DNA of 64,000 bases, taken from Raillietiella orientalis (taxonomy: Eukaryota). Below the pieces are notes generated by a model. The model made no database searches. It was not told the DNA's origin and saw only the letters and a list, made by a program, of their open reading frames with translations. Each line of letters opens with the position of its first letter. The stretch's first letter is position 1. This document shows, in pieces, positions 51,551 through 64,000 of this stretch. The translations under genes were made by a program, and so were the position numbers. The stretch lies in assembly GCA_036172245.1 (NCBI GenBank), contig JAYWIR010000049.1:1178001-1242000 (forward strand). The letters run 5' to 3'.

Positions 51551-52925
51551 GGAAACACATGCTGAAAGTCGACGCGTTGCTGCTGCGTGTTTGTTCTGCA
51601 AAGGTCCCTTCCGTTGCTGGGAAGGAATTGAGACGGCTAAAAGTCCCTATAACAGGAGACAACGAATTCAACCAAAAAAAAAAAAGTCTCGAATTTGCAC
51701 GCTGGTTGCTGGTATGTTGCAAAGTCAAAATCGCCTAACCTTAATCTTTTGTTTAATGGAAGGAAGATGAGACAGGTGAAACATTATGCGGAGTCAGTTG
51801 CATGGCATCCGAGTTTCCACGCATGAAGAAATTTCACGTGATGGTTCATTCAAGTGGACGAGACGCTTGCGGTCGGAAGCCTCGTTTCACTGACTGTGTT
51901 CCCTTCTGTTCTCAGCGGGAACCTTCATCCGTAGTCTAAAGAACAGGAAAAAAAAGTTTTTGCTGAGGATACAGGAGGAAAAGAGCGTGCAGATGCATCT
52001 TCAAGCAATGCGCGTGAGCTTCCGAACTCCGCCGTGATCCGCCGTGGAGATTTGGCTTGCTCAGGAGCCACTGATGGCTGATTGCCTTTCGTGAAGGGAG
52101 CGAGGCTGTTTCCTGGACATCCCACCCCCCTCGTGTGCAAGCAAGTGCGCTGTCCAGCGATGGGAGTCTACTGGCTGGGAGCACCCTTCCACCTGCTCCC
52201 TCCTCATCATGCGGGGACGGTGGTGGTCTTCTCCGCTGGAGCATTCTGTGTGGTAGCCGGTGCTGAAGATCGCGATAGATGGAGCGCTTCGTGAGCACCA
52301 GCAAGTTTGTTGGCCACGTGCGAGTTCTCATGAACCTTTAACACGCCTTTCGCTAGTAACAGAGATGAATGCTCAAGTTGAAAGCTGATGTTCAGTTTGA
52401 GGAAGAGCGAGACTGTTTTCGAGCCTCTACCGCGGTCATTATCAGGAAAACTGCGAGAATCTTTCAGTTTCTCCCTTGTATTTATCCTGCCGAGAAAATT
52501 CCATTAAATGCTTTATTCTTTAACAAAAGGCACGTTGGCCTTCACAGGTGAACCTGATTGGCACTCTCTATATACTACAAATGCAACTGGGGGGGGAAAT
52601 ACCAAGTGAATCATGGAAGTATCTTTGCCTCAGTTAGCTCAAACAAAAACCATTGTAAGATGTGCGGTAAACTCAGATTTCCAAATGCCTGTTTAGGAGT
52701 GTTTGTGAGAAGAATAGCCGAGAAAGAGGAAATAGATCATTTTCATTTAATAATGTTCATTGTATGGTCCAATAGCTTAGACAAGGATTCAGCACAACGC
52801 TTTCAGGATTTCCAACAAGGAAATCCCTAAGATGGATAAGGGAATTGTGATGAATCTGGTATGCAATTTTATAAACTATGAGACACCATGAAGACATATG
52901 TAAAGGGGGTTAAGCCGTACCCCTA

Positions 52926-53335
52926 TTCGAGGAGCGTCGCTTGAGACCCAGGACAAACCAAACTCTGGCTACGAAGTTTGAGTATTCATTACTGCTTTAT
53001 TTTTTATTATTGTCTGCCCATTTGGTTATGAAACTCATTTAGTGATAAGTCGTACTGGAAAAACCACTCTGGCTCATGAAGTTGCAGAAAGACTTGAAGA
53101 TATCACTTGCAGATTTTTACTCCTCTGAAGAAAAAATAGGAGAAAAAAATAGCAAGTGGCTCATTTGAAACTTAGGGATGATTATCGCTCCATGTTCTAT
53201 GAGAACAGTGTCTGAAATTGCTTCAGGCGTCACTTCCAACCTGTTAACGAGAGCTGCAGATGTAATGCTAAAAGAAAGAAGGAAGTTCTTATGGTGTGAG
53301 AGTCGCCATTGCATCTTGGTCATTTACGAAATATG
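52926..53335 (-). mobile_element. Decayed mariner-like transposon 3' end
   Basis: [26 protein letters not shown] follows the mariner C-terminal HDNA..FP..K..L.G..F.S.EE layout. TTCGAGGAGCGTCGCTTGA resembles TACGAGGGGCG-type TIRs. Confidence 0.45.
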
Positions 53336-53342
53336 TTAAAAT

Positions 53343-53499
53343 TGACGGAGCTATGTTTTTAGGGCTAAATGGTATCGTCATTAAAAGTCATGGAAATTCT
53401 GATGCTATTTCTTTTGCTCATGCTATAAAATTTGCAGTAAATGCCATTAGTAAAAATTTAAACCAAAAGATAATTAATGAGGTAAGTCAGGTTGAATAA
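53343..53499 (+). pseudogene. plsX: Phosphate acyltransferase PlsX 3' fragment, Wolbachia-like (nuwt 2)
   Basis: [43 protein letters not shown] is the PlsX C-terminal motif. The 5' part is absent. Confidence 0.92.
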
Positions 53500-53801
53500 A
53501 AGTTTTATATTAAGCACTGGATCTTACTTGCCAAAAAAAACATTGAGTAATAACGAAATTGCATTAATGGTTGAGACAAGTGCTGAGTGGATTAGACAGA
53601 GAACAGGAATAACTCAAAGGCATATAGCAGACGAAGGAGAATGGACTCTCAGATCTAGCTGTCAGTGCAGCAGAAAATGCTATCGAAAAAGCTCAAATCT
53701 CAGTAGATGAAGTTGGTCTAATCATAGAGGCAACACCCGATAGAACTTTTCCTAGCTGCACAACTATTTTGCAAAGCAAGTTCAAATGTAAAAACGCATT
53801 T
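53492..53801 (+). pseudogene. fabH: Beta-ketoacyl-ACP synthase III 5' fragment, Wolbachia-like (nuwt 2)
   Basis: TTG start overlaps the end of pls[47 protein letters not shown], frameshift, then [33 protein letters not shown]. Ends before the catalytic Cys. Confidence 0.95.
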
Positions 53802-56800
53802 GGGGTTAAACTTCTGCTCTGTAGTATTATCTTCCCTGCTATCTTTAGGGTAAGAAATGAACTTCATGTATTGCTACTAAATGACTCCATGCTTCCGTGA
53901 AGTGCATACGCAAAATCTATTAAACAAAATACCTGAGACTATGGCTCTCCTTCTGAAGAGTGTCAGCAGATGAAAAGTATCATTTCATGTTGTCATTCAG
54001 TTTGTTCTAAGGATGCAACTGAAAACTAAATCCTGGCCATAGAACAATGTATGTCTATATCACTTGGTTATGTATAGTGTGCAGTTCTATCGCCACGAAT
54101 GCTTTCAAGACATGCAATGCCCTAAAGTTTCTTTAAAAAAATATCTTTTGTTTTTCTGTGCAACAACTGCAATCATGAACTTGATTTAACCTCCAGATGG
54201 TAGGCTTCCGATGGAAGCGATTAGGTTGATAATCTATGACAATAGATTATCATCTTTCACTCTAACACGATTACCAATTCTGCAGCACAAGTCTCAGACA
54301 TCGCTGCCTTCCATTTTATTCAAAAACCTTATGACTGTTTATCTCAAGAAACAAACGTGTGAAAGAAAAAGCATTTCGCTTCAGTATGCGTAAAACACAG
54401 TTCATCATTAAAGATTAAGAATGATTCTAAAAGAATTTAAGTGTAACAGAACTATGAAGCATTGGCGATTACATGCAGAACTGAAAGCTTGCTTTGTAGA
54501 TGGAGTGGTTACAAATCATGCCGCTTAACGGCTATTTACTAACTCAATAAAACCTAAAGTTTTCCAGTATCCCATGCTAGTATGCTTTGAGAATTTATTT
54601 TATCTCCATCGTCATATCATACTTTCTCAATCATTTATAAGTGTTCTGTCATTGTCATCACCAATTTGCCTCAAACCTGTCTTATATGTATGTGGTATGA
54701 CTAAACGCACTTGAATGTTACGACAGCAACTAAATGCAGATCCTACGTCTTCAGGGCCAGAGACACATTCTCTACATGAAATAGTCGATGTGTCTACAAA
54801 TAGAAGCATATGATGTGGTGTCCTTCGATTTTTTAAGAGCAATTTCTCATTTTTAGATTCAGATCCGAATTCAATTTTTGTTTTTTTTTTCTTTTTGCCT
54901 GTAAAGAGAGCACTGATTTAAATTAAAAACGTTCGCGTTTCTACTTGAAGTCTCCTGGAGTTTTTAAGCTTTACAAGATTTACAAGAAGTGAATCCGATG
55001 TAAAGGAATAAGGGGCAATGTTTAATCCTGGAAAAAACATCACACCTTGGACCATTCTGTGATGAAATGACCAAGAGACAGCGCGATCTGGAATAATGGT
55101 CACAATCAAAGGAGTCAACATTGGGTTTCTCACGAAAATGTTTCCTAGGGAGCTTGTTTCATACCTATTATTTCACATTTTATTATCAGATTCATTTCGT
55201 TTCAGGAATTTTGTAAACTCAGCATGCCCATGTCAAGTATAGGCAAACTGGGAATCCCAAGAATGATGAGATTAGCTATCATTTCCGTCTCATGAGTGTT
55301 TTTACTCTATTGACTGTCTTTGTCCGACAGCGAGTTAAGCTTACTCTATTTGCTCTATTGAGTGACTCTGTTGTGTTTACTTTCACATCATTTCTTCAAG
55401 AAATTGGTTGAGTAAAGTCCGAAATTGCGTGTGATCATTTGCTTCATGAAGAAAGACGAAAAGCACATCTGATTTAAATGATACTGATTCTGATGTAAGT
55501 GAATCCAAACGATTCCCAGCGTAGCGTGACGTTTCAAGCTCTGAGAAGAGCCTTCATTTTTTCTGAACATGGATACTGTTTATTAGCTAAAGGGGAAACT
55601 GGAAATGACATGTTTGTCTGTACGTGGGATGTAGCAAAGGATATTGACGGGAAGCATCTACTGTGTGCAAACATGTTGACGATACATCAGGGATCATGGC
55701 GAGTACACATGTGCTGCAGGCACATGCTGAGCAAATTCCTTATTTTCTGTGAACACAGCTTTATGACTATTCCAATATGAGTCGATCCGTTGTTTCTGTA
55801 AAAGACAATTGCGTATACATGATTACTGAGAGCTACTAAACAGCATGCATGAAATATTTATTTCTGTGATTTGTTTCAGGCACTTGTGTTCCATTTGTAA
55901 AATCCACCAAGAAAACAACTGATCATTCAGCAATAGCCACATTCAAAAACGCATTTTCATTTTAATCCATGCACATTTATTTAATATGTGTTAGTAGTAT
56001 GTCTCTGATATTGTCTCTGATATGTCTCTACTCATTGACAAATCCTGAAAATTAAAAAAAAAAAAAAAAATTTTTTTTTTTCAAAAAAATAACCCAACAA
56101 GTAAACGAATGTACTTATTAAGTAAAATTTACTTCGAATGCATACGCATTTCACACCCATCATTTTGCTGCACGAAAATCTCAAAAGAACGTCAGTTTTG
56201 GAATTTTTCCTCTTCATGAAACAGAAACTTCGATAAGAAGAGTAGCAAAGGTCAAAGATCCTGCTGCTTCCCTTGAAGAACCTTGGAGACACATTAGTGA
56301 CCTGAACAAGCGTTCGATCCGGGAGAGGGGGCCGATGGCCGATGCGATCGTCGTCGCGGCACCTTGTCTTCTTCGGTTGTGGGGGGTGTCCCCACCCTTC
56401 TTCACAAGTCCGAGTCGTGGAGGTCAGCAACAACAACGAAGCTGCAGTAAGAGTTCCAAGCGACGTTGCTTGAGGCGTGTAAGGATGGCTGACGGCCGTC
56501 GTCGAACTCGCCCTACTTGGAAACAGTTATGCAACGTGTTATCGGCACTTAGATTGCAGGAAGAATTGGGGGAATGGCAGAGTTATCTCCGAATGATGTG
56601 GAATGTCGATTCGTGGCCAAGTTTCGATAACAGCCCAGCCGACCTGCTCCCTTCTTTCACGATAATGGAGCACTGGAAGTACTGTTCTCTGCACACACCT
56701 CAGCACACTTGATGCGTGCTGCTAAAGCAGAGATCGACCATTCAAGAAGAAGAAAGGAAAAAAAAACTCGAGAAAGTTTTGTAGGGTGCACTTATTTGCC

Positions 56801-56918
56801 GTGGCACAAATCCTGACTGATCAGCCGTTGTTTCGGGAACTCTCTGAAGACAACACGGAAATCATTCTGTTAATCACATCTTGCAGCACGATTTTTGGGG
56901 GCTTCAGGAATTTTGACC

Positions 56919-57961
56919 ATGCATTTGTGTGCGGCATGCAATTCTCGTTTCTGGGATAAGCAGAAAGTGTGGACAAGCCCTCGAGTAGTGGTAGGTTCGT
57001 TTTTAAATGAAGATGTGTTATTCAGTACCTACATAGCCATTCGAATTGTATGATCTTTTCAGCTGAAAAGCATAGGGCCAAAACTCGTTCCATTTTTCAA
57101 GACGGTTGCCATATACTTTGTGTTGCTAATCCCATCGGACAGCCCCTCATGGTTTGCAGTTCTTCTGAAGTGTGCTCCCATATTATCGTTAGTTTTTTTT
57201 GTCTTGTTGCACGGAATAAGCTTAGGAGAAGAGTGAGTATTCCTAATTACGAATGTACCCATCCAAGTTCTCTAAGGTATACTTATTCTCGACGTGTACT
57301 TTGTGGACTTCTGTTTTCGTGTATTGGTGATGCGCTCCTAGTGTTTCGTCCATGCTTTGAACTAGGAATTTTGGCCTTCAGTTTAGCCCAAATCATGTAT
57401 ATTAGTGCCTTTGGGTTCAGACCAATTAACCTTTCAGTAGGGTTTATTCTTTACGCGGTAGCAGTATCAGGTATTATCGATTATTGTAAACTGTTTAAAA
57501 GAATACTTTGCTTTTTAGTATATAGTGTTTTCGAAGTAGCCGGCCCTCTATCTATAGCTGTTCTATTCTATTTATTGTTAATGGCCACCATGGTATGGAG
57601 AGCTGTAGCTCGTGTCCAATTCTTTGAAGTCAGTTCTTTTGTTTCTTAAACTGATTTAAAACCTATGAAGGACCTGTGGACCTGGACCAAACTTTGTTCA
57701 TGCGCCGGAGGGATTCTGTTTGGAATATCTGATGCATTATTAGGAGTAGCAATGTTTACATCATCACTAAAGTACAATCAGGTGCCCTTTTTAATTCCAT
57801 GTTTTGAAAGAGATCGTTTCTTTGTCCTGCAGATAGGAATTATGGGTACTTATTATGCAGCCCAGTGTGGTATAGCACTGAGTGTTGTAGATTGTAAAAT
57901 TGAGGAAGACATGCAGTGTAGATGCCATACGAGTGTGATGCATCCAGATGAAAATACATGA
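56919..57961 (+). CDS. TMEM86: TMEM86/YhhN-family lysoplasmalogenase-like protein, 6 exons
   Basis: TSPRVV|LKSIGPKLVPFFKTVAIYFVL; GLLFSCIGDALL; AQIMYISAFG; MVWRAVARV; LFGISDALL; IMGTYYAAQCGIALS. Introns 56991-57062, 57233-57276, 57471-57518, 57629-57670, 57782-57832. The start codon is inferred. Confidence 0.9.
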
Positions 57962-58051
57962 AAGTATCAATATGGTCATTAGAATGTATTCTTGCCACCA
58001 AAAGATTCCAAAGTTTTCCTTAAGTAGAACCTATTGACTAATGTTTTATTG

Positions 58052-58888
58052 TCATTCAATTAATTTAAAAAGAGCAAAGGAGAAGCCAATGCCAAGGAGC
58101 ATAAGAAAGGCCACCCCAATACCAACTCCACCTAAGATACCAGCATGCTGTTTTGCAAAATTCATGGTGGCAGGTAAACAGCCAATGTGATTAGTAGTAG
58201 TGGGATCTTGGGGGTTGCGAGTACAATTAGCCAGTATGCCATCTTCTTTGTGTTTACAGCAACTACTTGGCACTTTCTCTGGTCCTTTTATGAAGATTGT
58301 ATTTCCAGTTGTTCCAGACCAATCATTGTAACCCAATTCTCCTTCAACTCCACAGCACTGAAACTAATCAAAAGATAATGATATTCCAAAAATCATCAGT
58401 TTCTCACTTGACTTTGGATGGTATCCCAGGATTCTGTAACTCTTGGATGAGCTGGTCCATAAAACATTATGCTTCCATACATTTCATATTTGAGACTCTC
58501 TTCCACTTTGTTCCGGAATACATAACTTAGAATACCACCAATCAGAAGTATAATAAACAGAAGAAGTAAGAACAGAGCATATGTTAATAGTAGGCATTTT
58601 ACTTCTCGGATGGCACCCACACATCCCAAAAAGGACAGCAGAATCACGAGAGTCCCTGTTCCAATGAGAATGTATGTTGCATTCAAATACAGATTATTGC
58701 CTAGAACATTGGTCATGAATGTCTTGTCTACCAATGTCCATAAGCCAACTCCTAGCACAACAATGCCTCCAACCTACAATTGATTATGGAATGAAATAAT
58801 TTGGTTTTTTGACCACTCAACTAACCAAAATCAGAAGATTGGCTAAAAAAAGACTGTACTTCATACATTTGCCACATCCTTCCATCAT
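58052..58888 (-). CDS. Tetraspanin (CD151/TSPAN9-like), 3 coding exons
   Basis: MMEGCGKCMKYSLFLANLLIL; four hydrophobic helices; SFLGCVGAIREVKCLL; WDTIQSQ|FQCCG; VPSSCC; GC. Introns 58774-58825 and 58364-58407. Confidence 0.93.
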
Positions 58889-60599
58889 AATTCCTTAGAA
58901 CAATGTAAACATAATTCAAACCACCTAAAAACACATTCAATTATTGTTGAAATCAAACGAATTTTTTACATTGATCCAAAAGATTAATACTGTTAATATT
59001 GATACTGATTCAAAATTCAAAATTTGGCACACAATGTTGCAGACTGGAAGCCGTAATGCTGGAAGAGAAGACAAATTTAAGTGTGGGCACCTCGAAAGAT
59101 GAGATTTGGAAAGAATGTTTCAATTTTAACTGAGGTTTTCATTACTTTCTGCAAAGCTGTAACTTGAAAGCTCCTTGAGGGTCATGTGAGTGGTTTTAAT
59201 CGACTGCTTATGCCAATATCATGTCTCCATGTGTTCGTCCATGCTTTCAAATCAAGAATGTGCATTAATTTTTATCTGTAAAGACTCATTAGCAACCAGA
59301 AGCACCTCTTTAATTTCAGTAAATGGTGCCACACTCCTATATGTTTCAGCATATGCAGTGTTTTTGTAAATGAGGATGTTAGTTTTTTTTTTTTTTAAAA
59401 AAAGTTCATCTGGCCTATAATTCGGTGATCCCGAGAAGAAGAAGGGAAGCAATAAAACCATGTCTGTATAAAAGTACTTCGCCCTATGGGTGCTTACCAA
59501 ATTTCTGTTGGCAACGCCAGTTTTGTTCGGGAGAAATAAAATCGAAGGAAAGACTTTTTGAATAACTTTATCCCTTAATGGACTATCATAATTTATGTGA
59601 TATGATACGTGCTTCATCAAAATATGGGAATTCTGCATGGCACCTTAAACACCCATTCTTGCGTTCATTGAAACAGGAGTTTTGGTGCTCACGGGGATGC
59701 TGTTAGAGAAAATGTCTTTAAGAGACATTTTAAACAAATTCCTTATCATTTTAAAAGTTTTTAAACGCTCAGTCCTTCCTACGGATCGATACATTAGGAG
59801 CTTCTGATTCCATCAGGGAATTTAAGATGCTTGCAACTTTCACTTTTTTGTTGTATAATTAATATGCATGCTCCAGTTCTAGCTTCCAGATTGCATGCTG
59901 CATGTACAGAGCAAAAATAATGATTCAAATAACTTCAGAGCCATAATTGCTGAAACACTTTACCATTACAACGCGCTTACATTCTGATCGCATCAGAGGT
60001 CAATCATATGCGGATGGTAAACAAAGTCTCGGAGATACAAACAAAATGATGTAAACAAACTTCTAAAGGCAAGATCATTGCGAACGTGATTTTTCCACAA
60101 TGCTTAGTGTTGCCAACGGAACAATTTCAATCTACGGGACTAGAACATTATGTTTTACTTAAAAAAATCTCTGTAATTGTTTCTTTGTTTTTATACTTTA
60201 ATTACACGAAATTTGTGTGAGAATAGAAGAGATTAAACTATTCATAACTTCAGCATACGCGTAATAAATTAACTTCTTGAGTAAACCACGCCGGTTTTGT
60301 GTGATCTTTGATATCTACTAGTAATAAAGTTATAATAAGGTCCAAGCTTTCCATTTATATTCGACTTGGTAACTTGCATTATCGTCAGGAGGTATCAGGA
60401 AGGGTGGCAAACAAAAGGTGGGTAACAGATAACACAAAGATATGTGTATGCTTTTGGCACTTGCAGTGAAACACAAAAGTTACGTGCAAACAAAGCTGGG
60501 GCAAAAAGGCACATACAAAAAGCGATATTTTATTGACTTTTGTTTCAGCTACCCACATATATTTTTTTCCTCATGATGGCTCAAAGCTCGTGTCAAATG

Positions 60600-61900
60600 T
60601 CAGCGAGAACATGCATTTTGATTTAGATGATGATCCATTAAAAGTCTGGCATCATAGTCGAATTGTAAGGCTCAGAGCAGTTTATTGCTTGATATCACAA
60701 TCTGGTTCAGAGCTCCTAATTTCGAACCCCCTGTTTAATGCTTTTCATAGCAGCTTGAGATCTCAAACTGGATAATCTCTACTGAAATGTAATTATCAAG
60801 GATCGAAACCCTCCTTTTTCCTAGAGAACCCTCTTTGATGTTGCTGAGCAATAACCGGCTTTATCGTGTTTTTGATCCTTTAACACTTCGTACACAGCAT
60901 TTTTGGAATGCCCCGAAACTCCTAAAGGCATAGACCCTCTCCGACTTGAGAGATGCGTGCTTGTTTGAGCACGTTCTTGAGAAACCCTACGAGTCTGTTA
61001 ACCATGACCAATATTACTGATTTATTGGATGAACTAACGCTGCCACTTTGGAAGGTAGCAGCCACATTGAATATGAATGAAATTGCAAAACATCTCCATC
61101 TGACTGCAGCGGTTTTTACCCCACTAAACCGGATTTAACTGGGTGGTGCATAAATCTCATTCGTCCAGCATGTCAAGGCAGTTCTATTTGCTCACGGCAC
61201 CAGTTATCTATGAAGAGCTAGTAAACCTGTTGGATGGTGCTTCCGGCACAACTCATTACCTAAGTAACAAACTGACACCTTTTCTCGAACGCAGATTTTC
61301 TTTGGCAGATTCTTGAAAAGCAGCTATGAAATTCGCTGGTAGATTCGCATCATCCTCATTTGACCATTCATCTTGAACATCTACGATTTCGAAAATTCGC
61401 TCCGGCTATTTGAGTATCTCTAGTCAGTGGCACATGAATTTTCTAAGGACTCTGGTATTCAGTGTCTCAGTATACTACATTTCGAGGGTGGTCTCATCTC
61501 TTTGTCTCATTCCTTACATAGTAAAGTGTTTGCAGGTTTGCACACGCCTAAGTCCACTCGTCACATCCGATAAACGGCTTGCAGATGCAGTTTGCTTTCT
61601 TTGATTCTTCTCCGTGGTGTCACACGTTGTTTTGCGAATCCCGCAAACCACAAACTAACATCTTTCTTGTTTCCGTGTTATGCGCCATACATCTTCAATT
61701 GCCAACATCGATCGTGTTTTTTCTTGATTTTTTAACGACAATAAGGTTCGATAAGAGTTGAATATTTCAAAACATGCCAAGAACTTCACCTCTGGTACTT
61801 TAAAAATATAGCCAATTAAACGAAAACTCCATGCAGATGGCCAAGAAAACATTCGTGAATATCACAGCCATGAGCTACACGCTCCGCATGTGCACTATGC
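60600..61900 (-). mobile_element. Decayed Penelope-like RT remnant
   Basis: Broken frames suggest DKG..V.+..DY (KTRSMLAIEDVW), LRPI-like (EMRPP), KFT..LPFLD-like (NRFT..CLDML) and KSVILVMVNR segments in Penelope order. Confidence 0.35.
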
Positions 61901-62749
61901 AGGGAGACGTTCCTTTTTTTTTTTTTTTTTGCTATGGTTGTCTTTTTTGCATCTTCCTTGCAGAAGAAGGAAAAAACTCAACGAATAACCAACGAGCCGA
62001 CCAACTTATGAGATTGCTAGGAATCGCCACATTGTACTAAGAACTAGGAGCTCGACATCCCAGTTAGTCACGCAACAGCCCCGAACTGGGTTTGCAATCA
62101 ATGAAAGCACAAATCTCCGTTGTTTGCTTTTGAAGCCACATCTTACCACAAATCAGGACTTTTTACGAAACTGAAGAGACCTCAGAGTCTCCGACTAGCA
62201 TGGGTGAGATCTCTGTGAATTCAGTGAAACCAAAAGTCGCGAAAGGATACAGAGCTACTGACTGATTCTGCTGCACGTTGGAAGCACGAAATCATGACTA
62301 TCACCAAAATCTCACTCGACATGGAACGGAATCAGTCTCTCATCAAAGGGTTGAGTGAATGCAATGGCATTACGCACACCTGCGCCGTTGTTCGAGAGAA
62401 ACAAGCAAGGAGCACAAAGAGCAAGCGATGCGTGCCGAGTATCCTTGAAACAACCTTGCTCCTAATTTTTGCTTTCAATATTGAAAATACGAAACATGAC
62501 CTGGAACGAGAACATCAGGGAATCCAAGATCTATTGGGGCTGGATTAAAAGAACAAATGATTTTGCTTTCAGACGCCATTCCCAAATCCTGAATCACAGA
62601 CAAGGATGGAGACATCAGAGAACCTCAATTCATGGATGGTCTGCGAATACTCATCGCAAATGGTCAGATTTGGCCGTTTTGTAGACGAATGGAACAAACA
62701 ATAGTCATTTTTTGGTCACCTAAATTTTCTCGCAGGTTTAGAGAAAAGC

Positions 62750-63400
62750 AAAAGAAAGCACTGTTTGCAAGAGCGGCTCAATGAGAGTGACTGATTGATA
62801 GACAGATCACTGTGATATTTAGTTTCTGTAGCCTAATTTGCATGAAAAACGCGTCATATCCCAAGTGTTTCGTATTCCAAACTTCCCAGCACCTATCCGG
62901 GAAAAGCTTACCGAAGATGTGGAGAAATTCCTGGAATCTACTGATACTGTGCTCTGATTTCCCAGATGATAGGTGCATGTGTTTTTAGAAAGGCATTATG
63001 TGGCATTATATGTTGCTACATCGTTGAACTGAAAAGAATAAGTGAATCAGAAATATGTATACATATAATGGTGCTAAACGTTGTTTCACGCAGTCAATGC
63101 AATGAATGTAAATTCAATGCTTCTACGAACGTCCGATAAACAGCGAACCGGGTATTTCAGGGAGCTTTGGGATGAAGATTTCAAAGGGTTCCGTGCTGTA
63201 CAGTTCTACAGTTTCTGAGGGTGGTTTTCCTTCGATTTGAAAAGTTTCTCATTTACATTGTGCTTTATTCAGTTTTACTTTCTTGTACGTAATGAACAGA
63301 TGAAGACTGAGGGACCACGCTTTCTGCACATTCCCTCGTGTTTTACAGTGAAACGCCCTGCGGGACGACAACGACGCGACCAGGAAAACTGACTGCCAAT
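62750..63400 (-). mobile_element. Possible decayed LINE RT fragment
   Basis: KKVKLNKAQCK (KA.G.D-like) and IFIPK motifs in RT domain order. Weak. Confidence 0.2.
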
Positions 63401-64000
63401 TAGCACGGAAGTTTCTCTGATGGTCCTGCGCCATGAACATTCACTCAAAGCTGCTGTTTCACGAGCCATTTTCGACTCCTCGAGTTGACATTTGCTAGCT
63501 TTGGGTCGCAATCGGACATTCCTTCATTGAGGTCTACTAATAAAGAAACAGACTGCACACTTCAGGCCTTGTAAATGCGGTGGATGTTCACAGGATGAAA
63601 CATCATTCAAAAGTTCGTTTAGGCGGTTCAATTGAGACAAGAACAGCAAACGTCATTCAGTTTTTTTTGGCGACAGATTTGCGGCTGACTAAGACAAACC
63701 AATGCCTTTCGTGCACAGCCTGTGCGTGCACAGTCTACCTCATGAGAGGTAGGAATGAAAAAAAAAAAAAAAACGAAGACGGCTTTAAACGTAGATGGAC
63801 ATGGAATCAGCTTATCTACGGCCTGAAGACTTTTCCATACAAATTAAATCTACTTATGAGAGAGCTGAGCACTTCTCGTGAGATTACTTGCAGAAGAGAC
63901 GCAGAGATTCATGTGACACGCATCGACTTGCCCCGGATTCTCTGCTTCACGAAACCGAGTTCTGTACTGAAAATCCCAGAGAGTCCTTGTCAGTCGATGT

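Noticed and set aside
56335..56712. 125-aa ORF upstream of TMEM86
   Set aside because: No recognisable homology or splice link to TMEM86; likely non-coding or repeat-derived.
59150..59850. Additional Penelope-like fragment upstream of the tetraspanin
   Set aside because: The resemblance (LLLPFF..PNYR..TNILIY) is too faint to support without a profile search.

Overview
Eukaryotic, arthropod-like nuclear DNA. It holds five intron-containing host genes: SMC2 (-), TRAPPC1 (+), RALGAPB (-), a TMEM86/YhhN lysoplasmalogenase (+) and a tetraspanin (-). They lie in AT-rich islands and many of their introns are only about 39-52 nt. Between them are heavily decayed transposons (L1/Tx1-like LINEs, DIRS-like, Penelope-like, piggyBac, mariner, Ty3/gypsy, tRNA-headed repeats) and captured fragments: a 28S rRNA piece, an ARF-family piece and a possible NUMT. 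The most notable signal is two separate, decayed inserts of Wolbachia-type DNA. The first (~11.08-13.70 kb) carries a rearranged ppdK and two unrecognised, probably exported or membrane, proteins. The second (~53.34-53.80 kb) is the plsX-fabH operon junction. I see no intact novel multi-gene system. All family calls come from motif recognition by eye, with no database searches, and transposon boundaries are approximate.
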